DNA of 64,000 nt from Acidimicrobiia bacterium (lineage in GTDB: Bacteria; Actinomycetota; Acidimicrobiia; Acidimicrobiales; SHLQ01), in the NCBI GenBank assembly GCA_033344795.1, contig JAWPMS010000001.1, forward strand, positions 1,158,992 to 1,222,991. Reading direction: 5' to 3'. The notes below the pieces were generated by a model, which worked only from the letters and a program-made list of their open reading frames with translations, ran no database searches and was not told where the DNA came from. Numbering within the stretch: the first letter of the stretch is position 1; the number at the start of each line of letters is the position of its first letter. The translations under genes were made by a program, and so were the position numbers. Positions 38,853-48,861 of the stretch are shown piece by piece.

Positions 38853-40301
38853 TTATTCGCGCCAGCTGCGCTCGAACGGCAGACGCCACGCTTGCGGAGC
38901 GATGAGTTGGTGGATTTGGTTGGGTCCCCACGTCCCGCGGGCGTACGGGCGCACGGGTGGCATGTCGCTGAGAAGTGGTTCGGACACTTCCCACAGCCGT
39001 TCGACTCCTTCCGCAGAGGTGAACAGCGTGCGGTCGCCACGAACCGCGTCGAGAATGAGCCGCTCGTATGCCTCCAACACTTCATCAAAGCCGCTGGATG
39101 TGTCGGCAGAGAACTGCATCGACAGCTTGTCGAGCCGAAATCCGGGGCCAGGTCGTTTTCCATAGAAGGACAACGACAGTCGCGACTCATCAGCGAGATC
39201 GAACGTCAGATGGTCTGGCCCGAGCTGGCCGACGCCCGAGCCGGCTGGGAACATCGACTTTGGTGGTTCTTTGAAGGCGATCGAAATGATGCGTTTGCCC
39301 TCGGCCATGTTCTTGCCCGTCCGGAGATAGAACGGCACACCCGCCCAACGCCAGTTGTCGATGTAACAGCGCAGCGCAATGAAGGTTTCAGTTGTCGACT
39401 CGGGGTCAACACCCTCTTCGTCGCGATATCCGGCGTATTGACCTCGAACGACATCGCGCGGTCGAAGTGGAAGCATCGATCGAAAGACCTTGTTCTTCTC
39501 TTCGGTGATGGCGCGCGGTTCGAGTGATGTTGGAGCCTCCATCGCGGTGAAGGCCATGACCTGGAACAGGTGCGTCACAACCATGTCTCGATAGGCGCCG
39601 GTTGCTTCGTAGAAGTCGGCGCGCTGCTCGAGGCCGAGCTCTTCGGGCACGTCAATTTGCACGTGGTCGATCATGTTTCGGTGCCAAATCGGCTCGAACA
39701 AACCGTTTCCGAAGCGAAACGCCAAGATGTTCAGGGCCGCTTCCTTCCCCAGGAAATGGTCGATGCGAAAGACCTGCGACTCATCGAAGACCGCGTGCAC
39801 CGCAGCGTTGAGGACTCGTGCGCTCGCGAGATCGGTTCCGAAGGGTTTCTCCATCACGACGCGGCTGTTCTCGACCAGGTCCGCTTGCCGCAGCGTGTCG
39901 ATGACGGCGAGTGCCGCTCGAGGGGGCACGGAAAGATAGTGCAGCAATCGTTGCGGCGTATCGAGCTCGGACTCGACCTCAGCGATCGCGTTGCGGAGCG
40001 ACTCCGGTGTTCCTCCCGGAGCCCAAACGAGTCGTCGGGAGAAGTCTTCCCAGTTCTCGTCGCTGATCGTTCCTTCGAACTTGCCGAGCGATTCGCGGGC
40101 GAAGGCGACGAACGACTCCTGGGTGTGTTCGTCGAGCGAAGTGCCCACGATCCGGACGTGAGGGAGCAGGCCGTTCGTGAGCAGCCGAAAGAGGCCAGGC
40201 AAGAGTTTTCGACGAGACAGGTCGCCGGTTGCACCGAAGAGTACGACCGTTGTCGGAGGTGCTGGGTCGTGAGAAGCGTGAGACTTCGCCGTGTTCGTCA
40301 T
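38853..40301 (-). CDS. zwf: Glucose-6-phosphate 1-dehydrogenase
   Basis: 482 aa; LFGATGDLSRRKLLP, RIDHFLGKE active-site motif. Confidence 0.93.
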   Translation of the reverse strand: MTNTAKSHASHDPAPPTTVVLFGATGDLSRRKLLPGLFRLLTNGLLPHVRIVGTSLDEHTQESFVAFARESLGKFEGTISDENWEDFSRRLVWAPGGTPESLRNAIAEVESELDTPQRLLHYLSVPPRAALAVIDTLRQADLVENSRVVMEKPFGTDLASARVLNAAVHAVFDESQVFRIDHFLGKEAALNILAFRFGNGLFEPIWHRNMIDHVQIDVPEELGLEQRADFYEATGAYRDMVVTHLFQVMAFTAMEAPTSLEPRAITEEKNKVFRSMLPLRPRDVVRGQYAGYRDEEGVDPESTTETFIALRCYIDNWRWAGVPFYLRTGKNMAEGKRIISIAFKEPPKSMFPAGSGVGQLGPDHLTFDLADESRLSLSFYGKRPGPGFRLDKLSMQFSADTSSGFDEVLEAYERLILDAVRGDRTLFTSAEGVERLWEVSEPLLSDMPPVRPYARGTWGPNQIHQLIAPQAWRLPFERSWRE

Positions 40302-40358
40302 GCCGCCAAGCTTTCCACAAGCGCTTCACCGCAGCCCCTTCTCGCCGAGGTCGGTTCG

Positions 40359-41462
40359 TCAGCTTGTTACTTCAGGTCCGACGTAGCGAGCGCTTGGTCG
40401 GATGATCTTGCCGTCGGCTGCTTGTTCGAGAACATGAGCGGACCAGCCGATGACTCGACTCACCGCGAAGCTCGGCGTGAACAGCTCCGGCGGGAGGCCA
40501 GCAAGGCCCAGGGCGACAGCCGCCCAATACTCCACGTTGGTCACGATCGTTTGCTCAGGACGCCATTCAGCGAGGGTGCCCAGAATGACCTGCTCGATCT
40601 CGAGGGCTCGCTTTGCGAGGTCTCCTCCGATGTCTTCGGCCGCCTCACGCAGCACCACCCCTCTCGGGTCCTCCGCCCGATACACCGCATGCCCAAACCC
40701 CATGACCTTGTTGCCAGCATCGAGAGTCTCGTGCACCCACGCCGCGGCGTTTTCGGCCGTGCCGATCTCATCGATCATCATCAGTGCTCGCCCCGGTGCA
40801 CCTCCGTGCAGCGGTCCGCTCAGCGCTCCGAGTCCCGCAACGAGTGCGCTCGCCACCGATGCTCCTGTACTTGCAACGACTCGGGTCGTGAACGTCGATG
40901 CATTGAATCCGTGGTCAATCGTCGAGACGAGGTATTTCTCGACAGCGGTGGCGCAGCTCGTTTCAGGAACCGACCCGGTCGACATCCGCAGATAATCGGC
41001 GGCGTGCGACAGCGTCGCGTCCGGTTCGATCGGCTCGCAACCCAGCCGACGTCGATGGTGACGTGCAACGATGGTGGGAACGATCGCGACCAATCGGAGC
41101 GCATCTTCGCGACGTTGGGCCGTATCGATGTCGAGCACCGGCCGATGTCCTTCAACCTCGGCGGTGGCCAACAACGCAGCCCTGATGATCGACAGCGAAT
41201 CGGCCGAATAGGGCGACATCAGGTCGACGAGTTCGGCGACGGCCGTCGGGAGGACCCGTCTCTGACCGAGCTCGATGGCCGGCGATTCGGGCGGAAGGGC
41301 ACCGTCGATGACCAACGTCAGGACGTCATCGAGAGATCGGTTCCGGGCAAGCTCCGCGGCGTCGTACTGTCGATAGTGGTAGAAACCTTCGCTTCCTCTG
41401 ACAGAGCCGATCGTCGTGTCGGCGACGACGACACCTTTGAGTCCTGCGGGGGCGATATTCAT
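40359..41462 (-). CDS. Citrate synthase family protein (CitA-like paralog)
   Basis: ATG at 41462 (GAGGAG SD); [34 protein letters not shown]; NVEYW where NVDF is usual. Confidence 0.85.
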   Translation of the reverse strand: MNIAPAGLKGVVVADTTIGSVRGSEGFYHYRQYDAAELARNRSLDDVLTLVIDGALPPESPAIELGQRRVLPTAVAELVDLMSPYSADSLSIIRAALLATAEVEGHRPVLDIDTAQRREDALRLVAIVPTIVARHHRRRLGCEPIEPDATLSHAADYLRMSTGSVPETSCATAVEKYLVSTIDHGFNASTFTTRVVASTGASVASALVAGLGALSGPLHGGAPGRALMMIDEIGTAENAAAWVHETLDAGNKVMGFGHAVYRAEDPRGVVLREAAEDIGGDLAKRALEIEQVILGTLAEWRPEQTIVTNVEYWAAVALGLAGLPPELFTPSFAVSRVIGWSAHVLEQAADGKIIRPSARYVGPEVTS

Positions 41463-41506
41463 GTGAACTCCTCGTGCTGGAACCTCCAGAGTCGGGGCCG
41501 GGTAGT

Positions 41507-41549
41507 ACATTGACAACGTTGATCCAATCAACGTTGATTCAATCAATGT
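41507..41549. promoter_or_regulatory. Operator-like array of ATCAA/TTGAT half-sites, including the 12-bp perfect palindrome ATCAACGTTGAT
   Basis: CAACGTTGAT at 41514..41523 and 41529..41538; ATCAACGTTGAT at 41527..41538; outer arms ACATTGA/TCAATGT; lies between the divergent citrate-synthase genes. Confidence 0.45.
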
Positions 41550-41565
41550 AAAGAAGGAACCGCTC

Positions 41566-42804
41566 ATGTCCCGATTGAGCACGGAGGAGACGGCCGCTCG
41601 GCTCGGGGTCAAGCGCGAGACCGTCTATGCGTACGTGAGTCGCGGAATCTTGACCCGACAAAAGGCGGTGGATGGCAAAGCATCCACGTTCGACGAATTC
41701 GAGGTCGACCGTCTTCGCCGCCAGCGAGTCGGCGATCATCCAGGTCGCCTCGAGGCGGCGGTGACCACCTCCATCACGGAGGTGAGCGATGGTGTTGTCC
41801 GATATCGCGGAACCGCCGTCGACGAGCTGATCGAGGCGGGCATCTCCTATGAGGAAGCCGCCGCGTTGTTGTGGGAGGTTCCGTCGTCTTCGGAGCCATG
41901 GACCGCTCCATCGAACATCATCGAGGCTGTCGAGCTCGCGATGAGGCAGCTCCCCTCGTCGGCCACGTTGATCGATCGTCTCCTCGCAGCAACCGTGATG
42001 GCCGGCGCGCACGATCCATTCCGTGACGACCGCACACGCGCAGGCGCGTCCAGCTCAATGCGTCATCTCGTTGCCGCCACGATCGAGGCGCTGCCCATGC
42101 AAAAGGCCGTCACGTTCAAGAGCTCAGCGACGATCGCTCAACGCCTTTGGCCCCGGCTCACCACAGCTCCACGAACCAACGCGTGGATTCTCGATCGAGC
42201 CCTCGTATTACTCGCAGACCATGGCATGGCATCATCGACCCTTGCGGCGCGTATCGCCGCGAGCACCCGTGCCGGCCCCCACGCATCGGTCATTGCTGGC
42301 CTCGGTGCGCTGAACGGGCCACTTCATGGCGCCGCGAGCGGTTCGGTACACGCCCTTCTACAGCGCGCCGAAGCCGCAGGTCCCGACGTCGCCATTGCAG
42401 AAGCGCTCCGAAACAACGGCCGATTGCCCGGCATCGGGCACTTCATCCACCGTACGTCTGATCCACGATTCACGATCATGATGTCTTCACTTGCCGAATC
42501 GACCCTTAGTCGACGTCGTGTGGCAATCGTGAACGAGGTTGTCGACAGGACCTCGGACCGGATCCGCGCACCGCACAATATCGACTTCTCTCTCGGCAGT
42601 CTGACCTACGCCGCTGGAATGGAGCCAGACGCTGGAGAACTGATCTTCGCTCTCTCGAGAGTTGTGGGCTGGGTTGCGCACACGCTCGAAGAATATGAAG
42701 AAGCGCCACTTCGATTTCGGCCGGTCGGCCGCTACGACGCCAACCGGCCGAGACCTGCACCCGTTTCGACCGAGGACCTCGCAAGACAAGGCCGAGCTTG
42801 GTGA
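41566..42804 (+). CDS. Citrate synthase family protein with N-terminal excisionase/MerR-type HTH domain
   Basis: 412 aa; [26 protein letters not shown] (HTH_17-like), then [43 protein letters not shown]. Confidence 0.8.
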   Translation: MSRLSTEETAARLGVKRETVYAYVSRGILTRQKAVDGKASTFDEFEVDRLRRQRVGDHPGRLEAAVTTSITEVSDGVVRYRGTAVDELIEAGISYEEAAALLWEVPSSSEPWTAPSNIIEAVELAMRQLPSSATLIDRLLAATVMAGAHDPFRDDRTRAGASSSMRHLVAATIEALPMQKAVTFKSSATIAQRLWPRLTTAPRTNAWILDRALVLLADHGMASSTLAARIAASTRAGPHASVIAGLGALNGPLHGAASGSVHALLQRAEAAGPDVAIAEALRNNGRLPGIGHFIHRTSDPRFTIMMSSLAESTLSRRRVAIVNEVVDRTSDRIRAPHNIDFSLGSLTYAAGMEPDAGELIFALSRVVGWVAHTLEEYEEAPLRFRPVGRYDANRPRPAPVSTEDLARQGRAW

Positions 42805-43280
42805 CGGCGTTCGTTCTTCCGCGTGGCGCGACCGGTTTCAACATCGACGACCCACCCCGCGAGCGAAATGATCGTCGAGGAAATTTCGTCGCGTGGGCCC
42901 GCACCGTTGCCACTTCACTCGACAGCACAACAACGATCGTCGAGTCCGTCGGCAACTTCGATGTCGTCGAACTCGAAACGCTCGGGTTCTGGTTGCTCCA
43001 GAACCGCTTTTTGCCGTTGGTTGGCGTCATCGCTCAGCCACCCACCGCAGGATTCGCCTATGCGGTTGATGCCGAGTTCGTCGATTTGCCGCCACTGCCT
43101 GGTCATCTCGGTGGATGGGGTCCTCGGCTCCTGGCCGCCGAGATCGTCAACCGTGCGCTGTCGCCCAACGATTGGAAGGAGTTCAGCGACCCAGCGCTGG
43201 CCCATGCCGACCGTTTCAAGCCAACGCAGATCGGCCACGTGTTGTTCAACTACTGGGATCAGTCTACGAAAAGGTGCTGA
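42798..43280 (+). CDS. Hypothetical protein
   Basis: 160-aa ORF (TTG start overlapping the upstream stop) with protein-like composition; no recognised motif. Confidence 0.4.
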   Translation: MVTAFVLPRGATGFNIDDPPRERNDRRGNFVAWARTVATSLDSTTTIVESVGNFDVVELETLGFWLLQNRFLPLVGVIAQPPTAGFAYAVDAEFVDLPPLPGHLGGWGPRLLAAEIVNRALSPNDWKEFSDPALAHADRFKPTQIGHVLFNYWDQSTKRC

Positions 43281-43314
43281 TCCAAGGCTGGAGAACGTCT
43301 CTACACTTGCGCGG

Positions 43315-44004
43315 GTGAAGACCGAGCTCCCTGACGCCCCAGGAACTGCCGAACTTCGCGCCCACGGTCACGACAAGCCGCGGTTTCGCGGTTTCATCCA
43401 CCTGCTCGCGTTCTCCAGCGCTCTCACCCTGGCTCCGATTCTCATCGTCGTCACGCCTGGAGTCGCCGACCGTTTCATCATGGCGATCTACGGAATCGCC
43501 ATCGCCGGCCTGTTCGGCGTGAGCGCTCTCTATCACCGCAACGACTGGAGCGATCGAGCAATCGCGATCGTTCGGCGAATCGATCACTCGATGATTTTCG
43601 TCGCGACCGCTGCCACGCACACGCCGATCGCCCTGATTGCGCTCCCGTCGCGCCCTGGCTGGACGCTCTTCTTCATTGTTTGGACCGGCGCGATCGCGGG
43701 CATCGTCGGCCGAGTGTTCTTTCCGAACGCTCCCTACGCGGTGGTCGCCGTGCCATACGTTCTCGTCGGCTGGTCATCGTTGTTCGTCATCAACCACGTG
43801 TGGTCATCGCTCGGTGTCGCCGGCTTCACGTTGCTGGTCGTCGGTGGCGTCCTCTACACCGCGGGCGCTGTGATCTACGCACTGCATCGACCGAACCCGT
43901 GGCCGCGAAGTTTTGGCTATCACGAGATCTTTCACGCGCTGACGGTCGCAGGAGCGGCCTGTCACTACGTCGTGATCGCAATATTCGTCCGCAACCTCAT
44001 TTAG
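43315..44004 (+). CDS. Hemolysin III / PAQR family membrane protein
   Basis: Track ORF 42823..44004 trimmed to the GTG at 43315; KPRFRGFIHLLAF..., ALYHR, RIDHSMIF, HEIFHALTVAGAACHY. Confidence 0.8.
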   Translation: MKTELPDAPGTAELRAHGHDKPRFRGFIHLLAFSSALTLAPILIVVTPGVADRFIMAIYGIAIAGLFGVSALYHRNDWSDRAIAIVRRIDHSMIFVATAATHTPIALIALPSRPGWTLFFIVWTGAIAGIVGRVFFPNAPYAVVAVPYVLVGWSSLFVINHVWSSLGVAGFTLLVVGGVLYTAGAVIYALHRPNPWPRSFGYHEIFHALTVAGAACHYVVIAIFVRNLI

Positions 44005-44028
44005 CGGACCCTGATAGTGGAGTAGGCC

Positions 44029-44562
44029 TCAGGCTGCGGCCAACGCCTCGACGCGTTGTGTCAGACCTTCAAGACCCAACGCCGAGATCAAGGTCTCGGT
44101 TGTGCCATCGTCATTGATGAAGACGAACGCAGGCTGACTCGTCACGCCAAACGTGGCCCAGATCTCGCTGTCCTCATCGGCAACATGATCGAATGCGCCA
44201 ACACCTCGTTCGGACACGAACTCTTCCATGTCTCGAAGATCATCACGACCGGCAACACCAATGATGTTGACCTGATCTCCAAATTTCTGCTGCACTTCTG
44301 CGACCGCAGGAGCTTCCCGGACACAGGTTGGTCACCAGGGCGCCCAGAACCACAACACCGTGTCCTGTCCAGCGAGTGCGCCGAGGTCGAGCTGCCCACC
44401 TGCGACCGTCGGAAACGTTCCCTCGATCGCCGGACCAGCAGGTGCTGATTCAGCGGCTTCGGTTGCCGGTGCAGCGGACTCCGTCGTCGACGCTTCGCTT
44501 CCACACGCTGCGAGCGTGAGGATGAGGGCCGCGGTGGCTGCAGCGGAACGAAAACGTGTCAT
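44029..44562 (-). CDS. TlpA/ResA-like thiol-disulfide oxidoreductase lipoprotein with in-frame UGA (candidate selenocysteine) in a U-P-T-C redox motif
   Basis: Two same-frame ORFs (44332..44640, 44029..44295) joined across the TGA at 44332..44334: LWFWAPW-[TGA]-PTCVREAPAVAEVQQKFGDQVNIIGV; lipobox LTLAAC after the ATG at 44562. Confidence 0.65.
44294..44313 (-). promoter_or_regulatory. Candidate bacterial SECIS hairpin
   Basis: RNA GCUCCUGC-GGUC-GCAGAAGU (one C/A mismatch); the loop starts 27 nt after the UGA. Confidence 0.45.
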
Positions 44563-44666
44563 ATCAATGAGGGTATCGGTCGTCCAAGACCCCTCTTGAT
44601 CGCGTTCGCAAAAGTTCACATCCTCCCATGCCATCAACACGCTGCGTGTTCGCGTAAGTTCGACTT

Positions 44667-46211
44667 ATGCGCAGCCTCCTCACTCGATTCGTAGTACTCG
44701 CCCTCCTCGCGTCCACGCTGTCTTTGGCCGCCCAGACCACGCAGAGCGAGGCGTCTGCTCAGGCGACGTTCAGTACCGAGCAGGCCAAACGCGAGGCGAT
44801 TCACGAGATCTATCAAGATCTCCTCGGGAGACAAGCCCGCCAAGACGAACTCGACCGCTTCACCCCACGACTCGGTGTCGGACAGACCGAAAATGATGTG
44901 CGTGCCCGAGTCCTTGCGTCGCGAGCCTTCTTTCGTGAGGTTGCGGGCAAGACGCGAGCCGGATTTGTCCGCGCGCTCTATCAAGAAGTCGAAGGACGGG
45001 CGCCCACGACCGGCGAGTTGACGCGAGGCAAGCGGCTGCTGTTCCGGAGCACCAAGTCGCTCGTGGGTCGCCGACTCGTTCTGGCCGACCAGGTGTTGAC
45101 CCGCGCCGCCTACAACCCAGACGGATTCGGGGTGACCGAGCTGGTATTGCACAAGAACGCAGCAGGGCTGATCACCCGTTTCGCGTTCGAAGTAGATGCT
45201 CCGATCCGGCCTGACGAGGTCACGCTGACCGTGAGCATCAAAGGACAGATGCAATCGGGCGCTGTCAGAGTGCGAGCGTTCGAAAACATCGTCTCGCTCG
45301 TTCCCGACCAACCCGTTCCCGTCGACGGGAAGATCGTGGGGCTCGTATTCGTGCGGAGCGGTGACACCCTTCGAATCGCTGATCTGTCTACGCCTGCCCG
45401 CCGACTTCCTCCCCGAGTCATACCCGACAACTCCAAGTGGCCCGAACGCGTCTTTGCCGATCAACGGATCGTGGCGTACTACGGCAATCACCTTTCCCCG
45501 TTGCTTGGCGTGCTCGGCGAGACTGGGCCAGAAGGTGCGGTTCCCCGGGTGAAGGCCGCTGCGGCACGATTCGACGAACCCCAGAAGAAGGCAACCGGCG
45601 CCTTTGAGATGATCGTCACCGTCGCGCAAGCGTCGGCTGGTGGGGATGGCAATTACAGCCACCCGTCCAAGCTCGAGGATGTGTCCCGTTGGATCGACGT
45701 CGCCGAACGGGAAGGGTTGTACGTCATCTTGGACATCCAGCCGGGGCGGAGCGACTTTCTCACCGAGACGGTGAGATACCGAGAGCTCCTCCTACGACCG
45801 AACGTGGGTCTGGCCCTTGACCCCGAATGGAGGATGGGACCCACACAACGACCAGGACAGACCGTTGGTTCGGTCACTGCAGCCGAGGTCAACCAGGTCT
45901 CGAAGTGGTTGTCCGACCTCGTGATCGAAAACGATCTTCCGGAAAAGATGTTCATCCTTCATCAGTTCCAGTCACGCATGATCAAGAACCGCGAACAGGT
46001 GGTGGATCGGCCCGGTCTCGCAACGGTCATCCACGCCGACGGCTTCGGGGGACGAGCGATCAAACTGCAGACCTACTCGATCATCAAGGTGGGTCCACCG
46101 CTCTACAACGGGTTCAAACTGTTCATCGACGAGGACACCAGAATCTTCCAACCGCGCGAGGTTCTCGCGTTCGACTCGGTACCCGTACCGGACCTGATCA
46201 CCTACCAGTAG
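44667..46211 (+). CDS. Secreted protein with DUF4214-like N-terminal repeats and uncharacterised C-terminal domain
   Basis: 514 aa; signal peptide; IYQDLLGRQARQDELDRF and LYQEVEGRAPTTGEL repeats; C-terminal domain function not recognised. Confidence 0.6.
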   Translation: MRSLLTRFVVLALLASTLSLAAQTTQSEASAQATFSTEQAKREAIHEIYQDLLGRQARQDELDRFTPRLGVGQTENDVRARVLASRAFFREVAGKTRAGFVRALYQEVEGRAPTTGELTRGKRLLFRSTKSLVGRRLVLADQVLTRAAYNPDGFGVTELVLHKNAAGLITRFAFEVDAPIRPDEVTLTVSIKGQMQSGAVRVRAFENIVSLVPDQPVPVDGKIVGLVFVRSGDTLRIADLSTPARRLPPRVIPDNSKWPERVFADQRIVAYYGNHLSPLLGVLGETGPEGAVPRVKAAAARFDEPQKKATGAFEMIVTVAQASAGGDGNYSHPSKLEDVSRWIDVAEREGLYVILDIQPGRSDFLTETVRYRELLLRPNVGLALDPEWRMGPTQRPGQTVGSVTAAEVNQVSKWLSDLVIENDLPEKMFILHQFQSRMIKNREQVVDRPGLATVIHADGFGGRAIKLQTYSIIKVGPPLYNGFKLFIDEDTRIFQPREVLAFDSVPVPDLITYQ

Positions 46212-46350
46212 GCAGCGTTTACCGCGGCCTGTTAGGGCTTCGCTCGGGGAATTTCGCAATTCATCTGCTAAAACACGTGTGTCCACTTCGGTAGACGATC
46301 AAAAATATCGGGCTGCGGCGAGGGTGGCCTGCTTCTCAGGAGGAGCAAAA

Positions 46351-46926
46351 ATGGGAGTATTCGATTTCGTTCGCAACGCAGGTGCGAAGATTGGCATCGG
46401 CAAAAGCACCGATGAAATTGCCGAAGAAGCGCAGGCAGAACGTGATGCCGCAGCAGCTGAGGCAGCCGCACGACGCAACAAGGCCAAAGAGCGAATGCGC
46501 GCTCGCGCAGACGCCAAGCGCACGGCCGAAAACGCCGAGAAGCGCAAGGAAGCTCGCAAATCGGTCGAGCTCGAGAAGTACGTTCGCGACATGGGCCTCG
46601 AGGTCTCCGGTCTCGACATTCGTTTCGATGACGGCACCGCATACATCGACGGCGAGACCGCCGATGCAGCAACCAAGGAGCGGGTCATCCTTGCAGTTGG
46701 CAACGCGCAGGGTGTCTCGCAGGTCGACGAGAGCCTGACCGTCGCACAAGACGATGGCAGCGAGTCCGAGATGTACGTCGTCGAAAAGGGTGACACGTTG
46801 TGGGCAATCGCAACTGCGACCTACGGCGATGGAAGCCGCTACCCAGAGATCTTTGAAGCAAACAAGCCAATGCTCACGGATCCCGACCTGATCTTCCCTG
46901 GTCAGGTTCTGCGCATTCCTCAGTAA
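46351..46926 (+). CDS. kbp: BON-LysM potassium-binding protein Kbp (YgaU) homologue
   Basis: ATG at 46351 (AGGAGC SD); MGVFDFVRNAGAKIG and YVVEKGDTLWAIA...IFEANKPMLTDPDLIFPGQVLRIP closely parallel E. coli Kbp. Confidence 0.85.
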   Translation: MGVFDFVRNAGAKIGIGKSTDEIAEEAQAERDAAAAEAAARRNKAKERMRARADAKRTAENAEKRKEARKSVELEKYVRDMGLEVSGLDIRFDDGTAYIDGETADAATKERVILAVGNAQGVSQVDESLTVAQDDGSESEMYVVEKGDTLWAIATATYGDGSRYPEIFEANKPMLTDPDLIFPGQVLRIPQ

Positions 46927-46944
46927 CACTTTTGTTTGAACGAG

Positions 46945-46985
46945 CTGTGGGCCCCGCCGATAGGTGGGGCCCACAGTCGTTTTCG
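46945..46985 (+). terminator. Rho-independent terminator after kbp
   Basis: CTGTGGGCCCC-(10 nt)-GGGGCCCACAG (11-bp perfect stem) followed by TCGTTTTCG. Confidence 0.7.
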
Positions 46986-46998
46986 TGAGCTGCCCATC

Positions 46999-48213
46999 AT
47001 GCGTGATCTTGATCTCATCATTCAGCAGACAACACACGCTCTTCTTCGTCTACGCGGAGAAACCGCCGAGCTCTCGCTGGCCTCCCAATTCGTCAAACGA
47101 TTCGCCGCACTCGACTCGGAAGGTGTCGATACCTTCTTCACCTTTCTGCTCGAGGAGCTCGGGCCCGACGAAGAGGCGGTCAGCCGCGCGATCGAGGCGT
47201 ATCAGACAACCGGTGAACAGACGGCACTCGCCGATCTGGCTGACGCAGCGGAGTCGAATCGACTCCACCTGTTCAGACGAATCAACGTCGCCCCCGGTGG
47301 AATCTCCAGCTTGTTGTCGATGCGCACTGCACTGCTCAACCGGCGGCACCACCGGCCAGAGCTAGGCCCCATCGAACGCGACCTTTCCCACCTGCTTCGC
47401 TCGTGGTTCAATCGCGGCTTCCTCGAACTGCGAAAACTCGACTGGGAGACGCCTGCGCACATCCTGGAAAAGTTGATCGAATATGAAGCCGTTCATGAAA
47501 TTCAGGGGTGGTCCGATCTCCAACGGCGACTTGCACCTGACCGACGTGCGTTCGGCTTCTTTCATCCGTCGTTGCCAAACGAACCGATCATCTTCGTCGA
47601 GGTTGCACTCACGACAGGTATGGCGAGCTCGATTCAGTCTCTGCTCGATTCCGAGCCAGAACCGGTCAGCGAACAGACCGACTGCGCGATGTTCTATTCG
47701 ATCACGAACTGTCAGTCCGGTTTGCGCGGAATCTCGTTTGGGAGTTTTCTCATCAAGCAGGTAACGGCCGAGCTGCAAGCCGAACTGCCACAAATTCACA
47801 CATTTTCCACACTCTCTCCGATCCCTGGATTCGCTGCTTGGCTCGAAAATGAGGTCAGCGAAGGAAGCCCGATCGATATCGACGACCGTGCCGAGGTCGA
47901 AGCGGCATGCGCTCGATACCTCGTGGGCACACGGCACAAGAACTTGCCTGTGGACGCTGTGGCTCGATTCCATCTACGCAACGGAGCTCGAGTCGAACGG
48001 TTGAACTGGCAAGGTGACGTCTCGGACAAGGGTCGCCGCGAGTCGCACACGATGCTGGTGAACTACCTGTACTCAGGCCAAGATCTCGAAGCGAATCACG
48101 ATGCATTGGTTCTCGATGGCGTCATCGTGGCCTCATCGTCGGTGATTTCGCTCGCCGACGGTGCAATCGACGAAGGTTCGGTAGTCGAGTCTCCATCCGA
48201 CGTCATCTTCTGA
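46999..48213 (+). CDS. Malonyl-CoA decarboxylase
   Basis: ATG at 46999, downstream of the terminator; FFHPSLPNEPIIFVEVAL...FYSITNCQSGLRGISFGSFLIKQV...FSTLSPIPGF. Confidence 0.85.
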   Translation: MRDLDLIIQQTTHALLRLRGETAELSLASQFVKRFAALDSEGVDTFFTFLLEELGPDEEAVSRAIEAYQTTGEQTALADLADAAESNRLHLFRRINVAPGGISSLLSMRTALLNRRHHRPELGPIERDLSHLLRSWFNRGFLELRKLDWETPAHILEKLIEYEAVHEIQGWSDLQRRLAPDRRAFGFFHPSLPNEPIIFVEVALTTGMASSIQSLLDSEPEPVSEQTDCAMFYSITNCQSGLRGISFGSFLIKQVTAELQAELPQIHTFSTLSPIPGFAAWLENEVSEGSPIDIDDRAEVEAACARYLVGTRHKNLPVDAVARFHLRNGARVERLNWQGDVSDKGRRESHTMLVNYLYSGQDLEANHDALVLDGVIVASSSVISLADGAIDEGSVVESPSDVIF

Positions 48214-48219
48214 CGAGTT

Positions 48220-48861
48220 GTGGCTCGTCGAAGCGGCGGGCACGCTGATGGCATCGCAACTGATCGCACCATCGTCGAGTGCCTCGCACAGGCAACTATT
48301 CCGACAGTCCACGGAGACTTCACTGCACACGCATATCGCTCCGTGGCAGACGGTCGCGAACACCTCGCCTACACGATGGGCAACGTCGCCGATGCTGTCT
48401 CTCCCCTGGTTCGACTGCACTCCGAGTGCCTGACGGGGGATGTGCTCGGTTCGCAGCGGTGTGATTGCGGTCAGCAACTCGACCACGCGCTCGCAGAGAT
48501 TGCGCTCGATACGTGCGGCGCACTGGTCTACCTACGCGGGCACGAGGGCAGAGGGATAGGACTTGCCAACAAGATTCGGGCGTATGCCCTGCAGGATCTC
48601 GACGGGCTCGACACCATCGATGCCAATACGGTGCAAGGACTCCCGATCGACAGCCGCGACTATCAGATCGGGGCCGCGATTCTGCACGACCTCGGTGTCT
48701 CGAGCTTGCGTCTCCTCACGAACAACCCACAAAAGACGATTGCCCTGCGACAACACGGTATTGAAGTCACCGAACAACTGCCCGTGATCACGGCAGCAAA
48801 TGAGCACAATTCACGCTACTTGTCCACCAAGCGTGACCGCCTGGGCCACACGCTCACTTGA
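48220..48861 (+). CDS. ribA: GTP cyclohydrolase II
   Basis: 213 aa, GTG start; VRLHSECLTGDVLGSQRCDCGQQL zinc site, HEGRGIGLANKIRAY. Confidence 0.9.
   Translation: MARRSGGHADGIATDRTIVECLAQATIPTVHGDFTAHAYRSVADGREHLAYTMGNVADAVSPLVRLHSECLTGDVLGSQRCDCGQQLDHALAEIALDTCGALVYLRGHEGRGIGLANKIRAYALQDLDGLDTIDANTVQGLPIDSRDYQIGAAILHDLGVSSLRLLTNNPQKTIALRQHGIEVTEQLPVITAANEHNSRYLSTKRDRLGHTLT

Noticed and set aside
46212-46350. Possible c-di-AMP (ydaO-type) riboswitch upstream of the LysM/BON kbp gene
   Set aside because: The region is only ~139 nt. It lacks the paired ACGGGGA / CCCGA-type conserved cores and the pseudo-twofold architecture I expect; only a loose GCTCGGGGAA is present.
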